DNA of 64,000 nucleotides, from the NCBI GenBank assembly GCA_964016885.1, contig OZ024740.1:295182001-295246000 (forward strand), written 5' to 3'. Position 1 is the first letter of the stretch, and each line of letters starts with the position of its first letter. The notes beneath the pieces are model-generated. The model ran no database searches and was not told where the DNA came from. It saw only the letters and a list, made by a program, of their open reading frames with translations. This DNA is from Eledone cirrhosa (taxonomy: Eukaryota). Positions 25,499 to 39,800 of this stretch are shown piece after piece. A program made the translations under genes and the position numbers.

Positions 25499-26910
25499 TT
25501 AAACCATATTTAATGCTGGTCTATATTTTTGAATAAACATATTTTCCTTATTTATTCGTATTTGTTCTGTTGTATTGTCAGCGCAAAGGTAAAATGGGAA
25601 GACTTGGAATTTGGGTGTCTTATTACTTGCGCAAATGTCTAGATGTGCACTTAGTGGTATCTGTCCCGTGTTTGGATCTCGTAATTGTTGGCGATGAACT
25701 GTCATTCTATTTCTGAGTGTGAGTTTAGTTTGTCCTATATAATCTTCATTGCATCCTTTACATTTAATGGCATAAATTAGATTTTTTGATGAGCAAGTGA
25801 AGTGATTTTTACAGTAAAATTTTGTCCTGATTTAAATGTATACGTGTTGCCTTCAATGAGGTGAGTGCAGGTTCCACAATTAGACCGACCACATTTTTTG
25901 ACAATTGGTTGTGGGTTTGTGGTAGGTAATTTGTCATTGGTGAGTAATGTTTTCAGTGATTTCAGTTGTCTTTTGCTTTTGATTATTTTGTGTGTTTCAA
26001 GGGCTTTTTTCATTCTTGTGTCTTGTTTCAGTAGTGGGATGTTCTTATGAATAGTGTTGTAAGCTTCCGCATTTCTTGGGTCATATGATAGAATATTGGA
26101 CGTACCTTGAAGTTGTTTCTGTTTTCGTAATTCATCAATGCCTATTACTTTAGCCCTTTCTATTACATTATTTATTAGTAATGGTGGGTACTGTCTTTCG
26201 AGTAGAATTTCCTTTAATTCTTGAAGTCTTTTATTTCGCGTTTCATAATTGGAGACAATTGTGCAAATTCTTCTTGCTAGGTTAAAAGGAATGTTCGTCT
26301 TCGTGTGCTTTGGATGGTTGGAGGTGAATAGCAGGTATTGTTTGGAATCTGTTGGTTTGTAGTGTATGACAGTTTCAATATTTGTGTCTTTTTTTAAGAT
26401 TAAGATGTCCAGAAATGGGAGTTGATCTTGGCTGTATTCCATTGTGAATTGGATGTGGTTATTGATGCCGTTTATTAAATTTTTGAAATAATTCAGTTGG
26501 TCGAGTGTGTGGGACCAAAGAATGAGACAATCATCCAAGTAGCGTTTCCAATTCTCTGATAAATATTTGTGGAAGTTCAATCCGTATTTTGATTTGGACT
26601 GTTAATAAATCTGGACTTCTAAGTAAGCCATGACTAAGTTGGCATAAGTCGGAGCAGCTTTTGTACCCATCGCAGTCCTCGATATTTGCTTGTAAGTACT
26701 GCCATCGCAATCAAAAAAGTTGTTCTGTAAGATAAATTTTAATCCCTCGGCGATGAGGCTTTTTTCTATTCTGTCAGGTATCTCATTGGGATATTTCTCT
26801 AGCCAGAATCCTATTGCTTCTAGTCCGTATTGGTGTGGGATCGTTGTGTAGAGATTCACTACATGGAAAGACAATAATAGTATCGTTGTTGACATTTTTG
26901 GGGAGGTGGT
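25499..26910 (-). pseudogene. disrupted PLE reverse transcriptase + CCHH/GIY-YIG endonuclease
   Basis: SFHVVNLYTTIPH, TAMGTKAAPTYANL, WKRYLDD, LPFLDI, YKPTDSKQYLLFTSNHP, CGRSNCGTC, YIGQT...RMTVHRQQ in ORFs 26602-26895, 25777-26580 and 25499-25705 and adjoining frames. Confidence 0.92.
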
Positions 26911-27393
26911 TTAAGTACAAAACAAATTCCGAAATACGAGCGCGAAATTTAATGAACTTGTTCACGTGACAGCCATAATTTCATTTATAACCAATCAGAT
27001 TACATTTTTTAGAAAAAGCCTTCGTGAGCCCCATTTTTTAAGTAAAAAGTAATTCAAACACTCATATATGAAAAAACAACCTCAGCACACCCCCCTTGTT
27101 TGAAGAACTTTGTAACGCGAACTGGCGCGAAATTTATTATACTTATTGACCAACCAATCAAATTACTTCTCTAAAAACCTGGCGTTTCGAGCCACTTTTC
27201 TCCAGATAAAACAAGTAACATTCAAAGACCAACCAGATGTGAGAAAAACCACAGACCTCCATCTCAACTCTACTTTAGAAAAGCAGAAGAACTGCGAAAC
27301 CGGTAAAAAAACCAAATAAATATATATATTTTTTATATATTTTTTTAAAAATAAGACTCCAGTTGCATTTTCGATTTCATATTTTTTTCTATA

Positions 27394-27516
<123 letters not shown>

Positions 27517-27647
27517 ATGTATATATATATATATATATATATATTGTGTGTGTACTTATGTACACGTGTTTACATTCCTGTATGTGTATATATGTGTATG
27601 TATGTGTATGTATGTATGGATGCGCGCATGTAGGGTTATATCTATGT

Positions 27648-30600
27648 ATAACCCTAATCCTAACCCGATCCCAAACTCCAAACAGTAACCCTAAACTCAA
27701 CCCTTACCCTAACAGTAACCCTATCCCTAACACTAACACTAATCCAAAGCAAAACCCTAACAATAATCCTAACCCTAACCCTAACAATAATACTGACCCT
27801 AACATGATCCCGATCCCGATGCTGAACTCGAACTCTAAACCTAACCCTAACCTTAACCCTAACCCTAACACTAACTCTAATCCTATCCTGATCCCGATCC
27901 CGAACCCGAACACTAACACACTCTTCACAAAACAAAACCACTGGCTAATACAATACACTAACCACTACACCATCAGTGACCAATACATCACTACACCACC
28001 AGAACATCACACTAACCACTACATTGACCACTATACCAACAAACTGACCACTACAATACAGAAACCAATACACCATCAGTGATCAATGCACCACGTGAAC
28101 ATGCCCCTGTCACATTGATCTCTCCACCATCACACTGACCATTACATTATCTCACTTCCATTAAACCACCATACAGACCACTGTACTACCAATCTAATCA
28201 ATATATAACCACTATACCATTGCACTGATCATGTGTTGCGATATTTTTCAAGGGCTAAAAGCGTGCTAAAAGCACCCATATTTTGTTAAATGGCACACAC
28301 ATTCGCACTAAGATTTACCATAATGGACGAATATTGGTTAGATGGCAAACATTGCTGATGAAGCATTTAAAGTAGATTCCTCAAAGCATAAAATCGTTTG
28401 ACGTATTTTATATATAACCAAAAAGCAAAGAACTCTAAATCAAAGAACTCTAAATCAAAGCTCTCTTCAAAAACATGGAAACAGCTGTCAACTTTTTCTT
28501 CTAGAGTGAGGTTATATAACGTTATTGTTCCTATATTCTGACGAAATTTTCAGGAAAAAATGACGAAATTTTCGGCAAAAATTAACGAAATTTTCGGGAA
28601 TAAACTGACTAAATTTTCGGCAAGAATTGACGAAATTTTCGGCAAAACTTGACAAAATTTTATGGAAAAATGACGAAATTTTCGGCAAAAATTAACGAAA
28701 TTTTCGGGAAAAATTGACAAAATTTTCAAGAAAAAATGATGAAAATTTCGACAAGAATTGACGAAATTTTCGAGAAAAATTGACGAAATTTTCGGCAAAA
28801 AGTGAAGAAATATTCGGGTAAAAATGACGAAATTTACTTGAAAAATTGACGAAATTTTCGGGAAAAAATTTACGAAATTTTCGGAAAGAATTAACGAAAA
28901 ATTTCGGAAAAAAATGACGAAATTTTCGACAGAAATTGACGAAATTTTCGCCAAAACCCTAACATGATCCCGATCCCGATGCTGATCACGAACTCTAAAC
29001 CTAACCCTAACCCTAACCCTAACTCTAATCCTATCCTGATTTCGATCCCGAACCCGAACTCTAACTCACTCTTCACAAAACAAAACCACTCGCTACTACA
29101 ATACACTAACCACTGCACCATCAGTGACCAATACATCACTACACCACCACAATATCACACTAACCACTACATTGATGACTATACCAACAAACTGACCACT
29201 ACAATACAGAAACCACTACACCATCAGTGATCAATGCACCACGTGAACATGCCCCTGTCACATTGATCTCTCCACCATCACACTGACCATTACATTATCT
29301 CACTGTCAATTAAACCACTATACAGACCACTGTACTACCAATCTAATCAATATATGACCACTATACCATTGCACTGATCATGTGTTGCGATATTTTTCAA
29401 GGGCTAAAAGCGTGCTAAAAGCACCCATATTTTGTTAAATGGCACACACATTCGCACTAAGATTTACCATAATGGACGACTATTGGTTAGATGGCAAACA
29501 TTGCTGATGAAGCATTTAAAATAGATTCCTCAAAGCATAAAATCGTTTGACGTATTTTATATATAACCAAAAATCAAAGAACTCTAAATCAAAGAACTCT
29601 TCAAAAACATGGAAACAGTTGTCAACTTTTTCTTCTAGAGTGAGGTTATATAACGCTATTGTTCCTATATTCTGACGAAATTTTCTTAAAAAATGACGAA
29701 ATTTTCGGGAAAAATTAACGAAATTTTCGGGAAAAAATTGACAATATTTTCGGCAAGAATTGACGAAAAATTTCGGCAAAAGATGACGAAATTTTCGACA
29801 GAAATTGACGAAATTTTCGGCAAAACCCTAACATGATCCCGATCCCGATGCTGAACTCTAACTCTAACCCTAACCCTAACCCTAACCCTAACTCTAATCC
29901 TATCCCGATCCCGATACCGAACCTGAACTCTAACACACTCTTCACAAAACAAAGCCACTGGCTACTACAATACACTAACCACTACACCATCAGTGACCAA
30001 TACATCACTACACCACCACAACATCACACTAACCACTACATTGACGACTATACCAACAAACTGACCACTACAATACAGAAACCACTACACCATCAGTGAA
30101 CAATGCACCACGTGAACATGCCACTGTCACATTGATCTCTCCACCATCACACTGACCATTACATTATCTCACTTCCATTAAACCACCATACAGACAACTG
30201 TACTACCAATCTAATCAATATATAACCACTATACCATTGCACTGATCATGTGTTGCGATATTTTTCAAGGGCTAAAAGCGTGCTAAAAGCATCCATATTT
30301 TGTTAAATGGCACACACATTCGCACTAAGATTTACCATAATGGACGAATACTGGTTAGATGGCAAACATTGCTGATGAAGCATTTAAAATAGATTCCTCA
30401 AAGCATAAAATCGTTTGACGTATTTTATGTATAACCAAAAAGCAAAGAACTCTAAATCAAAGCTCTCTTCAAAAACATGGAAACAGTTGTCAACTTTTTC
30501 TTCTAGAGTGAGGTTATATAACGCTACTGTTCCTATATTCTAACGAAATTTTCGGCAAAAATTGAAGAAATTTTCGGTAAAAATTGACCAAATTTTCAGG

Positions 30601-33600
30601 AGAAAATGACGAAATTTCCGGCAAAAATTGACGAAATTTTCGGAAAAAATTGACGAAATTTTCGGGGATAAAGTGACGAATTTTTCGGGAAAAATTCACA
30701 AAATTTTTGACAAAACTTGACGAAATTTTATGGAAAAATGACGAAATTTTCGGCAAAAATTGACGAAATTTTCGTGAAAAAATGACGAAATTTTCGTCAA
30801 AAATTGACGAAATTTTCGGCAAAAATTGACGAAATTTTCGTCAAAAATTGAAGAAATTTTCTGGAAAAAATGACGAATTTTCCGGCATAAACCGACAAAA
30901 TTTTCAAGAAAAAATGACGAAATTTTCGACATGAATTGATGAAATTTTCGTCAAAAATTGAAGAAATTTTCGGGTAAAAATGACTAAATTTCCGCCAAAA
31001 TTGACGAAATTTTCGGCAAAATTTTATGAAATTTTCGGGAAAAAATGACGAAATTTTCGTAAAAAAGTGACGAAATGTTCGGCAAGAATTGACGAATAAT
31101 GTTGGCAAAAAATGACGAAATTTTCGACAAAAATTGACGAAATTTTTGGCAAAACCCTAACATGATCCCGATCCCGATGCTTAACCCGAACTCTAACCCT
31201 AACCCTAACCCTAACTCTAATCCTATCCCGATCCCGATCCCGAACCCGAACTCTAACACACTCTTCACATAACAAAACCACTCGCTACTACAATACACTA
31301 ACCACTACACCATCAGTGACCAATACATCACTACAACACCACAACATCACACTAACCACTACATTGACGACTATACCAACAAACTGACCACTACAATACA
31401 GAAACCACTACACCATCAGTGATCAATGCACCACGTGAACATACCACTGTCACATTGATCTCTCCACCATCACACTGACCATTACATTATCTCACTTCCA
31501 TTAAACCACCATACAGACCACTGTACTACCAATCTAATCAATATATAACCACTATACCATTGCACTGATCATGTGTTGCGATATTTTTCAAGGGCTAAAA
31601 GCGTGCAAAAAGCACCCATATTTTGTTAAATGGCACACACATTCGCACTAAGATTTACCATAATGGACGAGTATTGGTTAGATGGCAAACATTTCTGATG
31701 AAGCATTTAAAATAGATTCCTCAAAGCATAAAATCGTTTGACGTATTTTATATATAACCAAAAATCAAAGAACTGTAAATCAAAGAACTCTAAATCAAAG
31801 CTCTCTTCGAAAACATGGAAACAGTTGTCAACTTTTTCTTCTAGAGTGAGGTTATATAACGCTATTGTTCCTATATTCTGACGAAATATTCGGCAAAAAT
31901 AGACGAAATTTTCGGCAAAAAGTGACAAAATTTTCGGTAAAAATTGACGAAATTTTCGACAAAAATTGACGAAACTTTCGTTAAAACTTGACGAAATTTT
32001 CGGGAAAAATTGACTAAACTTTCGGCAAATATTGACGAAATTTTCGTCAAAAATTGAAGAAATTTACGGGGAAAAATAAGGAAGTTTCCGGCAAAAATTG
32101 ACAAAATGTTCTAGAAAAAATGACGAAATTTTCGGCAAAAGGTTACAAAATTTTCGGGAAAAAATAGACGAAATCTTCGGCAAGTAGTGACGAAAAATTT
32201 CGGCAAAAAATGACGAAATTTTCGACAGAAATTGACGAAATTTTCGGCAAAACCCTAACATGATCCCGATCCCGATGCTGAACTCGAACTCTAACCCTAA
32301 CCCTAACCCTAACTCTAATCCTATCCCGATCCCGATCCCGAACCCGAACTCTAACACACTCTTCACAAAACAAAACCACTGGCTACTACAATACACTAAC
32401 CACTACACCATCAGTGACCAATACATCACTACACACCACAACATCACATTAACCACTACATTGACGACTATACCAACAAACTGACCACTACAATACAGAA
32501 ACCAATACACCATCAGTGATCAATGCACCACGTGAACATGCCACTGTCACATTGATCTCTCCACCATCACACTGACCATTACATTATCTCACTTCCATTA
32601 AACCACCATACAGACCACTGTACTACCAATCTAATCAATATATAACCACTATACCATTGCACTGATCATGTGTTGCGATATTTTTCAAGGGCTAAAAGCG
32701 TGCAAAAAGCACCCATATTTTGTTAAATGGCACACACATTCGCACTAAGATTTACCATAATGGACGAGTATTGGTTAGATGGCAAACATTTCTGATGAAG
32801 CATTTAAAATAGATTCCTCAAAGCATAAAATCGTTTGACGTATTTTATATATAACCAAAAATCAAAGAACTGTAAATCAAAGAACTCTAAATCAAAGCTC
32901 TCTTCGAAAACATGGAAACAGTTGTCAACTTTTTCTTCTAGAGTGAGGTTATATAACGCTATTGTTCCTATATTCTGACGAAATATTCGGCAAAAATAGA
33001 CGAAATTTTCGGCAAAAAGTGACAAAATTTTCGGTAAAAATTGACGAAATTTTCGACAAAAATTGACGAAACTTTCGTTAAAACTTGACGAAATTTTCGG
33101 GAAAAATTGACTAAACTTTCAGCAAATATTGACGAAATTTTCGTCAAAAATTGAAGAAATTTACGGGGAAAAATAAGGAAGTTTCCGGCAAAAATTGACA
33201 AAATGTTCTAGAAAAAATGACGAAATTTTCGGCAAAAGGTTACGAAATTTTCGGGAAAAAATAGACGAAATCTTCGGCAAGTAGTGACGAAAAATTTCGG
33301 CAAAAAATGACGAAATTTTCGACAGAAATTGACGAAATTTTCGGCAAAACCCTAACATGATCCCGATCCCGATGCTGAACTCGAACTCTAACCCTAACCC
33401 TAACCCTAACTCTAATCCTATCCCGATCCCGATCCCGAACCCGAACTCTAACACACTCTTCACAAAACAAAACCACTGGCTACTACAATACACTAACCAC
33501 TACACCATCAGTGACCAATACATCACTACACACCACAACATCACATTAACCACTACATTGACGACTATACCAACAAACTGACCACTACAATACAGAAACC

Positions 33601-36600
33601 AATACACCATCAGTGATCAATGCACCACGTGAACATGCCACTGTCACATTGATCTCTCCACCATCACACTGACCATTACATTATCTCACTGTCCTTTAAA
33701 CCACCATACAGACCAATGTACTACCAATCTAATCAATATATGACCACTATACCATTGCACTGATCAAGTGTTGCGATATTTTTCAAGGGCTAAAAGCGTG
33801 CTAAAAGCACCCATATTTTGTTAAATGGCACACACATTCGCACTAAGATTTACCATAATGGACGAGTATTGGTTAGATGGCAAACATTGCTGATGAAGCA
33901 TTTAAAATAGATTCCTCAAAGCATAAAATCGTTCGACGTATTTTATATATAACCAAAAAGCAAAGAACTCTAAATCAAAGCTCTCTTCAAAAACATGGAA
34001 ACAGTTGTCAACTTTTTCTTCTAGACTTAGGTTATATAACGCTATTGTTCCTATATTCTGACGAAATTTTCGGCAAAAATTGAAGAAATTTTCGGTAAAA
34101 ATTGACGAAATTTTCAGGAGAAAATGACGAAATTTCCGGCAAAAATTGACGAAATTTTCGTGAAAAATTGACGAAATTTTCTGGGATAAAGTGACGAAAT
34201 TTTCGGGAAAAATTGACGAAATTTTTGACAAAACTTGACGAAATTTTAGGGAAAAATGACGAAATTTTCGGCAAAAATTGACTAAATTTTCGGCAAAAAT
34301 TGACATAACTTTCGGGAAAAAATGAAGAAATTTTCTTGAAAAATTGACGAAATTTTCGTAAAAAATTGAAGAAATTTTCGCGAATAAATGACGAATTTTC
34401 CGGCATAAAGCGACAACATTTTCAACAAAAAATGACGAAATTTTCGACAAATTTATTCGACAATATTTGATGAAATTTTCGGCTAAAAATGACTAAATTT
34501 CCGCTAAAATTGACGAAATTTACAAGAAAAAATGACTAAATTTTCAGCAAAATTTTATGAAATTTTCGGGAAAAAATGATGAAATTTTCGAAAAAAATTG
34601 ACGAAATTTTCGGGAAAAAATTGACGAAATGTTCGGCAAGAATTGACGAAAAGTGTTGGCAAAAAAATGACGAAATTTTCGGCAAAAACCTAACATGATC
34701 CCGATCCCGATGCTGAACCCGAACTCTAACCCTAACCCTAACCCTAACCCTAACTAGCTCCCGCTCCCGCCTACGAACACCAACATGATCCCAAACACGA
34801 ATCCGAACCCGATCCCGATCCCGATCCCCGATCCCCAAATCTAACCCTAACCCTAACAATAATACTAACCCTAACATGATCCCGATGCCGATGCTGAACT
34901 CGAACTCTAAACCTAACCCTAAACCTAACCCTAACCCTAACTCTAATCCTATCCCGATCCCGATCCCGAACCCGAACTCTAACACACTCTTCACAAAACA
35001 AAACCACTGGCTACTACAATACACTAACCACTACACCATCAGTGACCAATACATCACTACACCACCAGAACATCACACTAACCACTACATTGACCACTAT
35101 ACCAACAAACTGACCACTACAATACAGAAACCAATACACCATCAGTGATCAATGCACCACGTGAACATGCCACTGTCACATTGATCTCTCCACCATCACA
35201 CTGACCATTACATTATCTCACTTCCATTAAACCAACATACAGACCACTGTACTACCAATCTAATCAATATATAACCACTATACCATTGCACTGATCAAGT
35301 GTTGCGATATTTTTCAAGGGCTAAAAGCGTGCTAAAAGCACCCATATTTTGTTAAATGGCACACACATTCGCACTAAGATTTACCATAATGGACGACTAT
35401 TGGTTAGATGGCAAACATTGCTGATGAAGCATTTAAAATAGATTCCTCAAAGCATAAAATCGTTTGACGTATTTTATATATAACCAAAAAGCAAAGAACT
35501 CTAAATCAAAGCTCTCTTCAAAAACATGGAAACAGTTGTCAACTTTTTCTTCTAGAGTGAGGTTATATAACGTTATTGTTCCTATATTCTGTCGAAATTT
35601 TCGGCAAAAATTGACTAAATTTTCAGGAAAAAATGACGAAATTTTCGGCAAAAATTAACGAAATTTTCGCGGATAAATTGACTCAATTTTCGGCAAGCAT
35701 TGACGAAATTTACGGGGATAAAGTGACAAAATTTCGGGAAAAATTGACGAAATTTTTGACAAACTTGAGGAAATTTTAGGGAAAAATGACGAAATCTTCT
35801 GCAAAAATTGACGAAATTTTCGGGAAAAATTGACAACATTTTCAAGAAAAAATGCTGAATATTTCGACAAGAATTGACGAAATTTTCGAGAAAAATTGAC
35901 GAAATTTTCGGCAAAAACTGAAGAAATATTCGGGTAAAAATGACGAAATTTACGGGAAAAATTGACGAAATTTTCGGGAAAAGATTTACGAAATTTTCGG
36001 AAAGAATTAACGAAAAATTCCGGAAAAAAATGACGAAATTTTCGACAGAAATTGACGAAATTTTCGGCAAAACCCTAACATGATCCCGATCCCGATGCTC
36101 ATCTCGAACTCTAAACCTAACCCTAACCCTAACCCTAACTCTAATCCTATCCCGATTCCGATCCCGAACCCGAACTCGAACACACTCTTCACAAAACAAA
36201 ACCACTCGCTACTACAATACACTAACCACTACACCATCAGTGACCAATACATCACTACACCACCACAACATCACACTAACCACTACATTGACGACTATAC
36301 CAACAAACTGACCACTACAATACAGAAACCACTACACCATCAGTGATCAATGCACCACGTGAACATGCCACTGTCACATTGTTCTCTCCACCATCACACT
36401 GACCATTACATTATCTCACTGTCCATTAAACCACTATACAGACCACTGTACTACCAATCTAATCAATATATGACCACTATACCATTGCACTGATCATGTG
36501 TTGCGATATTTTTCAAGGGCTAAAAGCGTGCTAAAAGCACCCATATTTTGTTAAATGGCACACACATTCGCACTAAGATTTACCATAATGGACGAGTATT

Positions 36601-36805
36601 GGTTAGATGGCAAACATTGCTGATGAAGCATTTAAAATAGATTCCTCAAAGAATAAAATCGTTCGACGTATTTTATATATAACCAAAAAGCAAAGAATTC
36701 TAAATCAAAGAACTCTAAATCAAAGCTCTCTTCAAAAACATGGAAACAGTTGTCAACTTTTTCTTCTAGAGTGAGGTTATATAACGCTATTGTTCCTATA
36801 TTCTG
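27648..36805 (+). repeat. tandem array of eight 0.87-1.5 kb composite units (degenerate telomeric head + C/A-rich body + variable satellite A tail)
   Basis: Anchor atgatcccgat(c/g)ccgatgct at 27804, 28964, 29833, 31162, 32260, 33357, 34876 and 36080. Each unit has ccctaa/cccgat/cccgaa hexamers and a body ending at cctatattct followed by (gacgaaattttcggcaaaaatt)n. Confidence 0.95.
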
Positions 36806-39800
36806 ACGAAATTTTCGGCAAAAATTGACGAAATTTTCAGGAGAAAATGACGAAATTTCCGGCAAAAATTAACGAAATTTTCGGCAAAATTTGACGAAAT
36901 TTTCGGAGATAAAGTGACGAAATTTTCGGGAAAAATTGACGAAATTTTTGACAAAACTCGACGAAATTTTAGGGAAAAAATGACGAAATTATCGGCAAAA
37001 ATTGACGAAATTTTCGGGAAAAAATGACGGAATTTTCTTGAAAAATTTACGAAATTTTCGGCAAAAATTGACGAAATTTTCGTCAAAAATTGAAGAAATT
37101 TTCTGGAAAAAATGACGAATTTTCCGGCATAAAGCGACAAAATTTTCAAGAAAGAATGACGAAATTTTCGACATGAATTGATGAAATTTTCGACAAAAAT
37201 TGAAGAAATTTTCGGGTAAATATGACTAAATTTCCGCCAAAATTGACGAAATTTTCGGGAAAAAATGATGAAATTTTCGGTAAAAATTGACGAAATTTTC
37301 GGGAAAAAGTGCCGAAATTTTTGGGAAAAAATGACGAAATTTTCGGGACAAAATGTCGAAAATTTTCGGAAAAATGACGAAATTTTCTGCAAAAATTGAC
37401 GAAATTTTCAGGACAAAATTGAAGAAATTTTCATAAAAAATTGACGAAATTTTCGGTAAAAAATGACGAAATTGCCGGCAGAAATTGACGAAATTTTCGG
37501 GATAAAATGATGAAATTTTCGGTAAAAATTGACGAAATTTTCGTGAAAAAATGCCGAAATTTTCGGGAAAAAATCACGAAATTTTCGGGAAAAAATGACG
37601 AAATTTTCGGGAAAAGATGACGAAATTTTCGGGCAAAAATGACGAAATTTCCTGCAAAAATTGACGAAATTTTCGGGAAAAAATGATGAAATTTTCGGTA
37701 AAATTGACGAAATTTTCGGGAAAAAGTGCCGAAATTTTTGGGAAAAAATGACGAAATTTTCGGGACAAATTGTCGAAATTTTTCGGAAAAATGACGAAAT
37801 TTTCGGCAAAAATTGACGAAATTTTCAGGACAAAATTGAAGAAATTTTCATCAAAAATTGACGAAATTTTCGGTAAAAAATGACGAAATTGCCGGCAGAA
37901 ATTGACGAAATTTTCGGGATAAAATGATGAAATTTTCGGTAAAAATTGACGAAATTTTCGTGAAAAAATGCCGAAATTTTCGGGAAAAAATCACGAAATT
38001 TTCGGCAAAAAATGACGAAATTTTCGTGAAAAAATGACGAAATTTTCGTGAAAAAATGCCGAAGTTTTCCGCAAAAATTGACTAAATTTTCGGGAAAAAT
38101 TGACAAAATTTTCGGTAAAATATGAGGAATTTTTAGGCAAAAATTGACGAAATTTTCGGCAAAAATTGACGAAATTTTCGGGAAAAATGCCGAAATTTTA
38201 GGGAAAAAAAATGATCAAATTTGCGGCAAAAATTGACGACATTTTCGGGAAAAAATGACGAAATTTTCGCTAAAAAGTGACGAAATTTTCGGCAAAAATT
38301 GACGATATTTTCTGGAAGAAACGCCGAAATTTTCGGGGAAAAATGATGAAATTTTCGGCCAAAATGACGAAATTTTCGGGAAAAAACGACGAAATTTTCT
38401 TGAAAAAAATGCCCAAATTTTCGGCAAAAAAACGACGAAATTTTCGGCAAAAATTAGGGAGGTAGAATCTTAGGGGGTAGAACCTTAGGAGGTAAAACCT
38501 TAGGAGGTAGAACTAAGGGGTAGAACCTTAGGGGGGAACCTTAGGAGGTAAAACCTTAGGAGGTAGAAGGTTCTACCTCCTAAAGTTTTACCTCCTAAGG
38601 TTCCTCCCTAAGGTTATACCCCCAAAGGTTTTACCTCCTAAGGTTCCCCCTAAGGTTTTACCTCCTAAGGTTCCCCCTAAGGTTTTACCTCCTAAGGTTC
38701 CCCCCTAAGGTTCTAATTCCTAAGGTTTTACCTCCTAAGATTCTATCCCCTAAGGTTCTACACCCTGGTTCTACCTCCTAAGGTTTTACCCCCTAAGGTT
38801 CTATCTCCTAAGGTTTTACCTCCTAAGGTTCTACCTCCTAAGGTTTTACATGCTAAGGTTTTACCTCCTAAGGTTCCCCCTAAGGTTCTACCTCCTAAGG
38901 TTTTACCTCCTAAGGTTCCCCCCTAAGGTTCTATCCCCTAAGGTTCTACCTCCTAAGGTTTTACCTCCTAAGGTTCCCCCATAAGGTTATACCCCCTAAG
39001 GTTGTACCTCCTAAGGTTCTACCCCCTAAGGTTCTACCTCCTAAGTTTCTACCTCCTAAGGTTTTACCCCCTAAGGTTCTACCTCCTAAGGTTTTACCTC
39101 CTAAGGTTCCCCTCTAAGGTTCTCCCTCCTAAGGTTCTACCTCCTAAGGTTCTACCCCCTAAGGTTCTACCTCCTAAGGTTTTACCTCCTAAGGTTCCCC
39201 CCTAAGGTTATACCCCCTAAGGTTGTACCTCCTAAGGTTCTACCCCCTAAGGTTCTACCTCCTAAGTTTCTACCTCCTAAGGTTTTACCCCCTAAGGTTG
39301 TACCTCCTAAGGTTTTACTTCCTAAGGATCCCCTCTAAGGTTCTACCCCCTAAGGTTCTACCTCCTAAGGTTCTACCCCCTAAGGTTCTACCTCCTAAGG
39401 TTCTACCTCCTAAGGTTTTACCTCCTAAGTTTCTACCCCATAAGGTTCTACTTCCTAAGGTTTTACCCCTAAGATTCTACCTCCTAAGGTTCTACCTCCT
39501 AAGGTTCTACCTCCTAAGGTTTTACCCCTAAGATTTTACCTCCTAAGGTTCCCCCGAAAGGTTCTACCTCCTAAGGTTTTACCTCCTAAGGTTCTACCCC
39601 CTAAGGTTCTACCCCCTAAGGTTTTACCTCCTAAGGATCCCCCCTAAGGTTCTACCCCTAAGGTTTTACCTCCTAAGGAAAAAATGCCTAAATTTTCGGG
39701 AAAAAATGCCTAAATTTTCGGGAAAAAATGCCTAAATTTTCGGGAGAAAATGACGAAATTTTCGGGAAAAAATGACGAACTTTCCGGCAAAAATTTACGA

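Larger units (their letters stand above)
24253..27390 (-). mobile_element. Penelope-like element, 5'-truncated, with about 500-bp inverted pseudo-LTR
   Basis: About 24253-24797 is the reverse complement of about 26910-27390. RT/EN remnants lie between; (TA)n on both flanks. Confidence 0.92.
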
